A DNA stretch of 64,000 bases from an uncultured Chloroflexia bacterium (GTDB lineage: Bacteria > Chloroflexota > Dehalococcoidia > Dehalococcoidales > RBG-16-60-22). The notes below the pieces were generated by a model. The model was not told where the DNA came from, did not search any database, and worked only from the letters and a program-made list of their open reading frames with translations. Position numbers and translations under genes: made by a program. Positions 1 through 9,607 of this stretch are shown in pieces. Each line of letters begins with the position of its first letter. Positions within the stretch are counted from its first letter, which is position 1. The stretch spans positions 210,823-274,822 of the forward strand of contig CAVXAM010000006.1 in the NCBI GenBank assembly GCA_963759785.1, read 5' to 3'.

Positions 1-1050
1 AACAAAGTCTGTAGCTAGTGCCCAGTTTGTGCTATCAAAAATACCTTTGGCTATACCAATGATACCTGCCGCATAGAGAATTATGGTGTATTGTTGCGAT
101 ATGGCAATCATGGTAACACCTATCGCACCAAGTATACTGGCAACAGCAGTAAGTAGCTTACGATCGATTTTGTCAGACAAATAACCAGCAGGCCAGACTG
201 GGATCAACATACTAATTGCTACAATAGCGACGACATTTGCCGTAGCTGCTGAAGGGTTATCAACTTTAACAACATCCTTTAAATAGTAAAAAGTGAATCT
301 CTGAATTGTCGTAAATGACATATAGAAGAGTGCACGGGAAACTAGAAACCAGATAAAGCTTCGATTTTTCCACGTGTCTGCTTTGAAAACGTCGGACAAG
401 ATCTCTCGTGGAGATATTTTTAGCTTTTCGTTTGATAATGGCTGTTCATGAACCAATAGTACCGTTGTTAACATCGTTATCAGCAATACAAAACCTAGCG
501 TACCAAGTAATATCCACAACCCACCAATGCCAGTTTTACTGGTGTAAAAATAACCAGCTAGTAATACAAAAACTACGCCACCTACCAGCTCAAATAAGCT
601 CCTAAACCCGGAAGCCATACCACGTTTACCCTCCGGTACCATCTCCGGCAGAAAAGCCTGGTAGGGTCCTTGCGCGGTATTGGCACTGATTTGTAAGAGA
701 CAGTAGACGATAAAGATGGCAGCAAGGCTGCCCGCCCAAGCAACGCCAGGAAGCAACAGTAAACTAACGATAATTCCCCAGAAGATATAGGGACGCCGCC
801 GTCCCCACCGGGAACTAACACGGTCGCTAATGGCGCCGGCGATGGGCTGTGCAAACATCGCTAGTAAAAGTCCGCAAAGAGTAAGAATACCGAGGTAGGT
901 GTTTTTTTGTGTTTCCGGAACGAAGTCCAGCAGTCGTAACGGCAGAATAATGCTATGCAGGCTTTGCCAGAGGGCGGTGGTGGCAAAACCCAGGATAGTT
1001 ATTTTAACGTAATCCCAGCGGCGGAATGTAGTAGCGATATTGTTCGGCAT
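1..1050 (-). CDS. MFS-type transporter, C-terminus runs off the left window edge
   Basis: Own translation of the reverse strand from ATG (complement of 1048-1050) gives 350 stop-free codons down to position 1: MPNNIATTFRRWDYVKITILGFATTALWQS...AISDRVSSRWGRRRPYIFWG..., with repeated hydrophobic helices and an MFS-like D-R-x-x-x-R-W-G-R-R-R-P loop. It is absent from the ORF track because it has no in-window stop. Track ORFs 408..605(+) and 582..854(-) are other frames of this gene. Confidence 0.8.
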   Translation of the reverse strand, partial: MPNNIATTFRRWDYVKITILGFATTALWQSLHSIILPLRLLDFVPETQKNTYLGILTLCGLLLAMFAQPIAGAISDRVSSRWGRRRPYIFWGIIVSLLLLPGVAWAGSLAAIFIVYCLLQISANTAQGPYQAFLPEMVPEGKRGMASGFRSLFELVGGVVFVLLAGYFYTSKTGIGGLWILLGTLGFVLLITMLTTVLLVHEQPLSNEKLKISPREILSDVFKADTWKNRSFIWFLVSRALFYMSFTTIQRFTFYYLKDVVKVDNPSAATANVVAIVAISMLIPVWPAGYLSDKIDRKLLTAVASILGAIGVTMIAISQQYTIILYAAGIIGIAKGIFDSTNWALATDFV

Positions 1051-1166
1051 AGCTATTACTTTTCAAAGCATAACAGAGTGGGTGGTGAGGTAGCAAGAAC
1101 GGCACACTTGTTTTTCTGACGTATTTATAGCTATAATGAGCGTATACTCGGAAAGGAGATACTGCC

Positions 1167-2085
1167 ATGCCGTCATATGCTTATTTCCAAAAGAAATTCA
1201 TGCCTTTGGAGGAAGCTAAAATCGGTGTTATGACTCATTTCCTCCACTACGGCACGGGTATCTTCGAAGGCATCCGTGCCAACTGGAACGATAAAAAGAA
1301 ACAGGCTTATATCTTCCGTCTTAAAGGAACATTACAAACGTCTGGCTGATGGCTGCCGTGTCCTCAAAATAGCGCTGCCGATGACCATTGATGAACTGTG
1401 CAAAATAACCGTCGAACTGGTTGCTAAATGCAATTATCAGGAAGACGTTTATATCCGCCCGCTAGCCTACACCAGCTCCGAGCAGCTCGGGGTACGGTTA
1501 CATAACTTGGATCACGATTTCTTGGTGTTCGCCTTCCCCTGGGGACCCTACCTCGATAAAGATAAGGTGAGTTGCGGGGTATCTTCCTGGCATCGACCGG
1601 AGGATAATGTCATCCCACCCCAGATTAAGGCTACCGGTATCTATATCAACAATGCCCTAGCTAAAACCGAAGCTATCGGCAATGGCTTTGACGAAGCTAT
1701 TATGCTATCACCCGATGGCCATATCTCCGAAGGCAGCGGTGAAAATATCTTTTTGGTGGCAGATGGTAAGCTAATCACGCCAGCCACGACCAATAATATC
1801 CTGATGGGTATTACGAGAAGCACAGTGATTGAACTGGCGGAGAAAGAGCTGGGGATAACGACGGTTCACCGGTCGATTGACCGCAGCGAGCTGTACCTGG
1901 CTGATGAATGTTTCCTCACCGGCACCGCTGCCCACGTAACGCCGGTATCAGAGATAGACCGACGTAAAGTTGGTAATGGTGAAATAGGACCGATAACGGC
2001 TAAACTGCAGGAGCTTTACACTAAAGTCATCCGCGGCGACCATCCGAAATACATGCACTGGTGCACGCCAGTATTTAAGAAGTAG
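1167..2085 (+). pseudogene. ilvE: Branched-chain amino acid aminotransferase (class IV), interrupted by one +1 frameshift near 1326-1327
   Basis: The N-terminal 53 codons (…HYGTGIFEGIRANW…AYIFRLK) lie in the frame of 1167. The rest (KEHYKRLADGCRVL…FLTGTAAHVTPV…) lies in the frame of 1276. Deleting one G of the GG at 1326-1327 joins them seamlessly. AGGAGA RBS sits upstream of 1167. Confidence 0.85.
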
Positions 2086-2087
2086 AA

Positions 2088-2729
2088 CTAATTCATCTGC
2101 CGGATAACCGCGATTACCCTGCCCTGTATTTCGATATTATTAGGCTCGGTGTAAAACGGCTGCATCTGGCTATTGGCTGGCTGGAGACGTACTTTATCCG
2201 GCTCAACGTACACCTTTTTCAGAGTGACTTCTTTTTCCGACTTCAGCCAGACCGCCGCCATCTGCCCATTTTCCACAGAGCTGATGGATTGCATTAGGAC
2301 GATATCGCCGTCGTTTATCAGGGCGTCAATCATCGAATTGCCCTTAATACGCAGGGCGAAGATGTTTTCTTTGCCTCCGGTTAGCTCGGTGGGGACGCCC
2401 ATCGTTTCCGAAACCGCCGCGACGTCCCAGGTATCGGGGGAGGGTACGGGTATCGGTTTACCAGCCGCAATCATACCGATGACCGGCACGGCAACTACCT
2501 TTTCCGACGTCGAAGTTTTCGTTAGGAGCTTGATGCCGCGTGAGACATCGGCATGGCGGTTGATATAGCCCCGGTTCTCTAAAATATTGAGGTTATAGTC
2601 CACCACCGACGTTGAGCTGATATCGCACCCGTGCTGAATATCGCGTATCGAAGGCGGATAGCCTTTCTCGGAAAGGAAACGGTCGATATACTTGATTATC
2701 CGGCGCTGCTTATCCGATAGCTTTTTCAC
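2088..2729 (-). CDS. lexA: LexA SOS repressor
   Basis: 213 aa with an N-terminal wHTH (GYPPSIRDI), an Ala-Gly cleavage site (MIAAGKPIP), the GNSM serine nucleophile and an LKK lysine. Confidence 0.9.
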   Translation of the reverse strand: MKKLSDKQRRIIKYIDRFLSEKGYPPSIRDIQHGCDISSTSVVDYNLNILENRGYINRHADVSRGIKLLTKTSTSEKVVAVPVIGMIAAGKPIPVPSPDTWDVAAVSETMGVPTELTGGKENIFALRIKGNSMIDALINDGDIVLMQSISSVENGQMAAVWLKSEKEVTLKKVYVEPDKVRLQPANSQMQPFYTEPNNIEIQGRVIAVIRQMN

Positions 2730-2757
2730 CCTCTCTCCTTAAAATTCGGAGATATAA

Positions 2758-2771
2758 AGAACACCTGTTCT
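2758..2771. promoter_or_regulatory. LexA (SOS/Cheo-type) box AGAACACCTGTTCT upstream of lexA
   Basis: Perfect palindrome GAAC-N4-GTTC, 29-42 nt upstream of the lexA start codon (2729). It matches the Gram-positive-type LexA operator core. Confidence 0.6.
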
Positions 2772-2841
2772 AACTATATAGGAAAAAACAATATCTGTCA
2801 ATAGGGCAGTTAAAAAAATGAGAAACAGAATGCAAGGTAGA

Positions 2842-4272
2842 CTAAAGTTCGTCAACAGCGTCGCAGGCTTCGATGGGCTTCTTGGCTCCCGGCGTTTCTA
2901 ACGCCAGTTTATCCATCTCCATCTGGACGGGTATCGGATACTCACCGGTGAAACAAGCCAGGCAGAAATTTTCCCTCGGCAGGTCAACGGCTTTAATCAG
3001 ACCGTCAATACTTAAATATCCCAGCGAATCGGCGCCGATGAATTTGCATATTTCCGGCACGCTTTTCTGCGCCGCAATCAATTCGGCTTTGCGTAGCCAT
3101 ATCCACACCTAAGAAACAGGGATATTTGATGGGCGGGGCACAGATGCGCATGTGGATTTCTTTAGCGCCAGCTTTACGGAGCAATTTAACAACACTAGGG
3201 GTCGTCGTGCCGCGTACAATAGTATCATCAACAACAACCAGTCGTTCGCCGTCCGATGACCTGCGGCAAAGGGTTGAACTTTAGCTTGACGCCGAGGTCG
3301 CGCATACGTTGGTCGGGATCGATAAAGGTACGTCCCACATAGCGATTTATAATTAATCCATCGACAACCGGTATGCCGGATTCGCGGGCATAACCCGTGG
3401 CGGCGGCGGTAGCGGAATCGGGAACACCCATTACAATATCAGCGTCGATGGGATATTCACGCGCCAGACCGGCGCCCATCGCCTGGCGGGCGAGGTAAAG
3501 CAGTTTTCCGTTAATAACGCTATCGGGACGGGCAAAGTAAATATACTCAAAAATACAGAGTCCCCGTTTTATTGAGTCGCCCGGATAGCTCTGGAGGCCG
3601 TTTTCGTCAATCTTTACTATCTCATCGGGCTGGATTTCACGGAGGAAATCAGCGCCGATATGTGTCTAACGCGCAGGTCTCCGATGCTATCGCCCAGCCC
3701 CCATCCACGCTACCTAAACAAAGGGGCCTTACCCCCAACGGGTCGCGTACTGCATAAAGCTCGGTGGGCGTCAGGATAACTAGAGAATAAGCGCCCTGCA
3801 TACGGCGCATGGCATATCTTATTCGTTCCACCATGTTTTTACCGGGAGTAGCTAATATCAAATTAGCGATTGCCTCGCTATCAGTAGAACCATGGAAGGT
3901 GTACCCTTGCCCCAGAAGTTCCTGATAGAGATAAGTGGCATTAACGAGATTGCCGTTATGTGCTATCGCTATCGTATCACTGTCATTGCCGACGACGATA
4001 GGCTGCGTGTTGGTAGGATTGCTGGAACCGGTAGTCGAATAGCGGTTGTGGCCGATAGCCATATGGCCGGTGAGGGGTTTTAGGGAATCTTCGGTAAAGA
4101 TGCTGGATACCCGCCCCATGCCCGTAAAGACCCGGATTTTTTGTCCGTCGGCGGTAGCGATGCCGGCGCTTTCCTGACCGCGGTGCTGGAGGGCGAAAAG
4201 GGCGAAGAAGGTAAGGCGAGCTACATCCTCTTTCGGGGAATAGACGCCAAAAATGCCGCAAGACTCATGCAA
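2842..4272 (-). pseudogene. purF: Amidophosphoribosyltransferase, broken by three frameshifts
   Basis: Three collinear pieces. 3649..4272: MHESCGIFGVY… (N-terminal Cys nucleophile, GHNRYSTTG). 3228..~3650: IGADFLREIQPDE…GVPDSATAAATGYA. 2842..~3250: GERLVVVDDTIVRGTTT… then [11 protein letters not shown]…[10 protein letters not shown]. Frame breaks at ~3657-3662, 3253-3254 and ~3091-3097. Confidence 0.85.
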
Positions 4273-4339
4273 GATTAACCCTGCCTTTTTAGATTGTCTT
4301 GACTTTGTCTCTACTTAGATTATAGCTCAAAGCTGGACT

Positions 4340-5608
4340 TCAGGTCAATTTTTGACGTTTTTCTTTAAGGAGAAGGAGGAGTCCGAGCATTGCAATGAAG
4401 GCGAGGCCGGCACCGAAGTAGAACGGGGCGGCGGTATTAACTTTATCCCAGAGTACACCGGCAATAACGCTGGCGGGGAGAAGCATTAGCCCCACCACCC
4501 CCTGATAATAGCCGTAAGCCGTGCCCCTCCTCTCGGCGGGAACGAGGTCGGCGACGAAGGCTTTAGCCACCCCCTCCACGATGCCGTAGTAGATGCCATA
4601 GGCGGCGAAAAGTACCCAGATACTCCAAACGCTGGTTGCCAGAGCGAAACCGAGATAGACCAAAGCGTACACCGTCCAGCCGATGACGATTACCTTTCGC
4701 CTGCCTAATTTATCCGATAATATACCCGCCGGCGTAGAGATAATGGCGTAAGTGATATTAAAGACAACCAGCATCAAGGTAATATTCAAGACATTAACAT
4801 CCAGGTCCTGCGCGCGCAGGACGATAAAGAAGTCGGAGGAGTTGCCGAGGGTGAAGATGCCCATTATTAATAGGAACAACTTAAACTGGCCGCTGAAAGC
4901 CTGCTGGTTCGCGAGTGGCTTTGCTTCGGCGGCTTTGGGAGTAGCAGCCGATGACAGTCTTTTTTCATGGACTAAACCGACTAAAATGATAACCGCCAGG
5001 ACAGCCGGTATAATGCCGATAATCACCAGCCAGCGATAAGTATCGTTCGTTAAGTCGAATCCGCTGCCCTGTAAAAAATAGACAATAACAGCCGCCGCCG
5101 CTAAGCCCAGTACCGCCCCGGCGGTATCCATGGCGCGGTGGATGCCGAAACCCTTACCACGCGTCTCGGCAGTAACGGAATCAGCGATCAGGGCATCGCG
5201 TGGCGAACTTCTAATGCCCTTGCCGATACGGTCGCCGAAGCGTACGCCTAAAACGCCGCCCCAGGCGGTAGCCAGCAACATAAATGGCTTCACGATAGTG
5301 GAAAATCCGTAGCCGATAACCGCCAGCGCTTTACGCTTACGAAAACGGTCGCTGATGCGGCCGGAGAAGATACGGAATACGGCATCGAAGCTTTCCGACA
5401 GACCGCCGATTAGACCGACGATTATCCCCCCACCCCCAAGTACGTTTTTCACGAAAAGCGGGACGAGCGTAAAAATCATCTCCGAGGAAACATCGGTGAG
5501 GAGGCTGACTAAACCGAGGAAAAAGATGTTAGGGTGTAAACCCCAGATGGGGCGGGGGGAGGTTTCTTTAGCTGTGGGTTGCGCCATTCCGATATATCGT
5601 AACACCAC
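4340..5608 (-). CDS. MFS transporter
   Basis: 422 aa with about 12 hydrophobic segments and an MFS loop motif (GRISDRFRKRK). Confidence 0.8.
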   Translation of the reverse strand: MVLRYIGMAQPTAKETSPRPIWGLHPNIFFLGLVSLLTDVSSEMIFTLVPLFVKNVLGGGGIIVGLIGGLSESFDAVFRIFSGRISDRFRKRKALAVIGYGFSTIVKPFMLLATAWGGVLGVRFGDRIGKGIRSSPRDALIADSVTAETRGKGFGIHRAMDTAGAVLGLAAAAVIVYFLQGSGFDLTNDTYRWLVIIGIIPAVLAVIILVGLVHEKRLSSAATPKAAEAKPLANQQAFSGQFKLFLLIMGIFTLGNSSDFFIVLRAQDLDVNVLNITLMLVVFNITYAIISTPAGILSDKLGRRKVIVIGWTVYALVYLGFALATSVWSIWVLFAAYGIYYGIVEGVAKAFVADLVPAERRGTAYGYYQGVVGLMLLPASVIAGVLWDKVNTAAPFYFGAGLAFIAMLGLLLLLKEKRQKLT

Positions 5609-5707
5609 GGTAAGTTAAAAGTCAAAGGTCAATGAGAAAAAGAGTATGACGTTAAAAGAGCTGCTGCCCTACCACTGGTTGGATATCTGGGGGAAGAGGT
5701 AGATTTC

Positions 5708-5736
5708 TTGACTGTGTTCCTAATCTAAAGTAAAAT
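5708..5736 (+). promoter_or_regulatory. Putative sigma70-type promoter for the tRNA-Phe/tRNA-Gly pair
   Basis: TTGACT (5708-5713), 17-nt spacer, TAAAAT (5731-5736). tRNA-Phe starts 22 nt downstream. Confidence 0.45.
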
Positions 5737-5758
5737 ATAGCTTGTATTCTACCTACGC

Positions 5759-5834
<76 letters not shown>

Positions 5835-5843
5835 TTAAAGCGG

Positions 5844-5918
5844 GCGGAAGTAGTTCAGTGGTAGAATGCCTCCTTGCCAAGGAGGAAGTCGCGGGTTCGA
5901 ATCCCGTCTTCCGCTCCA
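5844..5918 (+). tRNA. tRNA-Gly (anticodon GCC), CCA encoded
   Basis: Acceptor GCGGAAG/CTTCCGC, anticodon arm CCTCC-TTGCCAA-GGAGG, T arm GCGGG-TTCGAAT-CCCGT, 3' TCCA. Confidence 0.9.
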
Positions 5919-5990
5919 TTCATCCCGAGTCTATCGAGGGATTGTCCCGAGCAAGCGCAGTGAGTCGAAGGGTTTACTCCCCCTACCCTG

Positions 5991-6077
5991 GTCATTCTGG
6001 CGTAGGCCAGAATCCAATAAATATTTTCACCTTAATGTTGATATTTCAAACTGGATTCCAGCCTTCGCTGGAATGAC
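5991..6077. repeat. Two REP-like palindromic units in opposite orientation
   Basis: GTCATTCTGG-cgta-GGCCAGAATCC at 5991-6015 and CTGGATTCCAGC-cttc-GCTGGAATGAC at 6051-6077. Same family as the copies at 9569-9593, 28645-28698 and 49631-49657. They translate to the typical artefact peptide IPAFAGMT in track ORF 5866..6249. Confidence 0.55.
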
Positions 6078-6086
6078 ATCTGCTTT

Positions 6087-8596
6087 TTATCCCCGCCACC
6101 ATTCAACTTCAACCAGGCAGGAATTAGGCGCCATGCCGGCGACGTTTTTAGACATCATACGAGAGGGCGTCAGGATATTAACACAGCCTCCCCTATCGAT
6201 GCTTTCCGGGTTGCCGGGCTCCAGGGGGTCGTACTTTCCCGAGCCGTAGTAGGAATGTACCACGCCGGCGCGTATCCTTACGGTAACGTCAGCGATACAG
6301 AGTACCGCCCCGCGGTCGTTATAAAGCTTAACGATATCCCCGTCCTTGATGTCCCGTGGTGCGGCGTCGGCGGGGTTAATCCGCACCGGATGCCAGTAAT
6401 AGCCATCCTTCAAAACGCGATGCCCCGGAATCTCGCCCAGCCAGCTGGCATTAGCGTCGTGGTGGGTATGGAAGGTATACCGGGGGTGGGGGAGTGATAA
6501 GCTGGAGGGGATATTTCTTTACCGCCGGCGAGTTATAGCCTTCCCACGAGGGGATATAGCGGGGCAAAGGCGGTCTTTCCTTATCGTCGGGGAGGTATTT
6601 CTTTAAGCTTTGCGGAGACGAACTCTATCTTGCCGCTGTAAGTGCCCAGTTCTTTAGCTTTAGCCGTTTTACGCTTGGGATTAAAGTGGTCGGGGGTATC
6701 GCAGTCGCGTCCCTCGTAAAACCAGCGGAAAGCCGGCGTGGATTTATAATGTTTCGGGAATGGGACGATGAAGTAGCCCTTCTTCTTGAAGTCGGCAAAG
6801 GAAATATATTTCGGGAGGTCGGAAACGTGGTAGACTTTTTCTATCCAATCCTCCTCGGTATTCCCCTCGGTAAAGTCTTCTTTAATGCCGAGCCTATCAG
6901 CCAGCTCGGTAAAAATTTGATAATCCGATTTCGACTCGAATAACGGCTCGATACACTTATGCTGGTAAACAATAATACGGTGATTGCAGGCAATCGAGCC
7001 GTGATGGGTATAGCCGCCGGTATTCGCCCATTCGCCGATATCCGGCCGCTCGAAATTGGTGCAGGCGGGGAGGATAATATCCGCCAGACCCGTCTCGGTG
7101 CACCACCAGCAGTCCTGGTTAACAACGAACTCCAGCTTGGGACTCTGGTACATTTTAACGTAGCGGTTGGTCTCGGTCATCGTACCGAGGTAAGAGCCGC
7201 CGTAGCGGTAGAACATCTTTACCTCGGAGCAGCCGGGGGCAGGGTAGGTAAAGGGGATAAACTGCTGGTCTAGCGACTGACCGCAGAAAGTCTCGCCCAG
7301 CCACTTAATTGGCGGGTTTAAAATAGCTTCCGGTAGCAGCAAACGATAGAGGCGCTGCTTCACCGGATTAACCGACGGCTTTTTCGCTAAGCCATCGAGG
7401 AAGCTGGTACCAAAAGTAGCGTAGCCGGGGAACTCGAAATCGGCATTAAAAGGCGCGCCCATCGTTGTACCCCAGATATTAACGCCGGGTTTACCAAGTC
7501 CCTGCATCGCCTGCAACAACACCATTAAGCGTGCCCACTCGGTACCGTAAGCTTGACGGCAGGCACCGGATTCGCCGCCGCGCGACCCAGCCGCCAATAT
7601 CGTTCGCGACCTAGCCCATTCCCGCGCCAGACTTTTAATAACATAAACAGGGATATCACAAATTTCCGCCGCCCATTCCGGCGTACAATTATCACCCAGA
7701 ATGTGCTTTTTAAAGTCCTCGAATCCCAGTGTACGGTTGGCGAGATATTTTTTATCGTAAGTGCCTTCGGTTAGCCAGATATAGGCGATGGCTTCCGCCA
7801 GGGCGGCGTCAGTGCCGGGGCGGGGGGCAATCCATTTATCCCCCAATATCGTGGCGGTATAGTTACAGAAAGGGTCGATGAAAATCTGCTTTTTGCCAAG
7901 GTCGCGCAGCCAGTAGCGCCAGATAACCGATTCCTGCCCGCCGTAGATACCGCGCGTCGAGTCGGGGTCATTGCCCCAGTGAACGATGAGATCGGTATTC
8001 TTTAAAGCGTCCTCCAGCAGGTCATATTGCTCCGGCATGCCGAGCCGCCAGTAAAATCCGTAGACATGGGTGGCGCCCCAATGCCAGCCTTCCCAGCTAT
8101 CGGGATTATCGAAAATATCCGTGAAGCCGATGAGGTTAAAAAACCTTGCCCAGGTCGAAGTTCGATAGCCCACATTCCCCCAGTTATGGTGGGAGGAGGC
8201 GCGGGACATTATCGCTTCGGGACCGTAAGCGGCGCGGATTCTTTTCATCTCGCCGGCGACGATATCTAGAGCCGTATCCCAGCTAATGCGTTTATAGCCG
8301 GACTTGCCGCGATTCTGCGTGTTACGTTTACCGTTGGGGTCGAAGTCCTCCCTGATGAGGGGATATTTCAGGCGCAAATCGGAGTAGATACGCGCTTTTT
8401 CGACGGCGGTATAAGGGGAGATGCAGGCTTTACGCAGCGGGGAGAATTTTTTACCGCCTGCTTTAATCGTCCAGGAAGCGGCGTCGCTATCATCTAAAGC
8501 GAGGGGTCGGATGCGAACGATTTTCCCATCGTTAACATGGACGAAAACGGGACCGCCATTAGTCAGGTTGGTCAAGACTTTTTCCAAGATAGCCAC
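6087..8596 (-). pseudogene. Molybdopterin oxidoreductase (DMSO-reductase superfamily), pyrogallol-hydroxytransferase large-subunit-like, broken by two +1 frameshifts
   Basis: 671-aa N-terminal piece (…GGPVFVHVNDGKIVRIRP…DNPDSWEGWHWG…ILPACTNFER…) plus a 108-aa C-terminal molybdopterin-dinucleotide-binding piece. The connecting 33 codons (DDKERPPLPRYIPSWEGYNSPAVKKYPLQLIT) read in the third frame. Breaks lie at G-runs 6589-6592 and 6488-6492. No twin-arginine signal and no N-terminal Cys cluster. The subfamily call rests on my recollection of the Pelobacter AthL sequence. Confidence 0.75.
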
Positions 8597-8732
8597 CTTT
8601 CGTGTTAAAGAGGCGTATTTTTTACCAAGCGATAGGCATCACATAACAGGGGAAAATAGGCGCGTATGGAATTCTTCCCCTGTTAAAAGTATAATAAAAA
8701 AACACGTAGATTAGCAACCGAAGGAGTGGTCG

Positions 8733-9509
8733 ATGGCGGAGAAGAAGCTGCTTTGCTGGAACGTTAATGGTATCAGGGCGATTAAGAATAAGGGTTTTTT
8801 AGAATGGTTCCAAAAAGAATCCCCCGATATTCTTTGCTTACAAGAAACTAAAGCCCAGCCCGACCAACTCGACGCCGACCTTAAAGAAATTAAGGGCTAT
8901 AACGTTTACTGGAATTATCCGGAGAAAAAAGGTTATGCCGGCGTAGCGGTTTATACGAAAGAAAAACCGCAGGCTGTAAAATACGACTTCGGTAAGGTCA
9001 GCCTAGACCTCGAGGGCAGAATCATCATCGCCGAATACCCAGCTTTCATCCTGTTTAATATCTACTTCCCCAACGGCGGGGCTGGGAATAAGCGGGTGCC
9101 GTATAAACTGGATTTTTACGATGTTTTCCTGAATTACACCGATTCGCTGGTGAAGGCTGGTAAAAAACTCATCGTCTGCGGCGACCTGAATACTGCGCAT
9201 AAGGAAATTGACCTCGCGCGTCCTAAAGAGAATGTCAAAAATACCGGCTTTCTGCCGGAAGAGCGGGCGTGGATGGATAAGTTCGTTGCCCATGGCTACG
9301 TGGATACCTTCAGGCGTTTCCACCAGGAGCCGGAGCAATATACTTACTGGGACCTGAAGACCGGTGCGCGGGCGAGGAACGTAGGCTGGAGAATCGACTA
9401 CTTTTTCGTGAGTGAAAATTTCCTGTCGGCAATAACCAACGCTTTTATCCTACCGGACGTCATGGGGTCCGACCACTGCCCGATTGGGATAACGCTTAAG
9501 GTTGCCTAA
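8733..9509 (+). CDS. xth: Exodeoxyribonuclease III (AP endonuclease)
   Basis: 258 aa with WNVNGIRA, LCLQETK and a C-terminal SDHCP motif. GGAG RBS upstream. Confidence 0.9.
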   Translation: MAEKKLLCWNVNGIRAIKNKGFLEWFQKESPDILCLQETKAQPDQLDADLKEIKGYNVYWNYPEKKGYAGVAVYTKEKPQAVKYDFGKVSLDLEGRIIIAEYPAFILFNIYFPNGGAGNKRVPYKLDFYDVFLNYTDSLVKAGKKLIVCGDLNTAHKEIDLARPKENVKNTGFLPEERAWMDKFVAHGYVDTFRRFHQEPEQYTYWDLKTGARARNVGWRIDYFFVSENFLSAITNAFILPDVMGSDHCPIGITLKVA

Positions 9510-9540
9510 CCTTCATGAGTTTTGTGGTTATTATAACCAT

Positions 9541-9593
9541 ACCGGCGAAAGCCGGTATCCAGTCATTTCTGGATTCCGATTTACATCGGAATG
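9541..9593. repeat. REP-like palindromes between convergent xth and HAD genes
   Basis: ACCGGC-gaaa-GCCGGTATCC (the PAKAGIQ-type unit) followed by CTGGATTCCGAT-ttac-ATCGGAATGG. Likely a bidirectional terminator. Confidence 0.5.
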
Positions 9594-9607
9594 GTTAGAA
9601 TTTTAGA

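Noticed and set aside
408-854. Track ORFs 408..605(+) and 582..854(-) as genes
   Set aside because: Both lie inside a 350-codon stop-free reverse-strand frame that encodes a convincing MFS transporter. Their own translations are low-quality (Pro/Arg/Ser-rich, no motifs).
1300-3670. Programmed ribosomal frameshifting in ilvE and purF
   Set aside because: No slippery heptamer, stimulatory stop codon or downstream pseudoknot is evident at the sites (CTTAAAGGAAC, ATCGGACGG, ACATATCGG). Three separate shifts in one biosynthetic gene is not a known recoding pattern, so sequence error or decay explains them better.
5858-6249. Track ORFs 5858..6076 and 5866..6249 (+) as proteins
   Set aside because: They start inside tRNA-Gly and read through REP-like palindromes. 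The IPAFAGMT-type peptide is a known translation artefact of such repeats.
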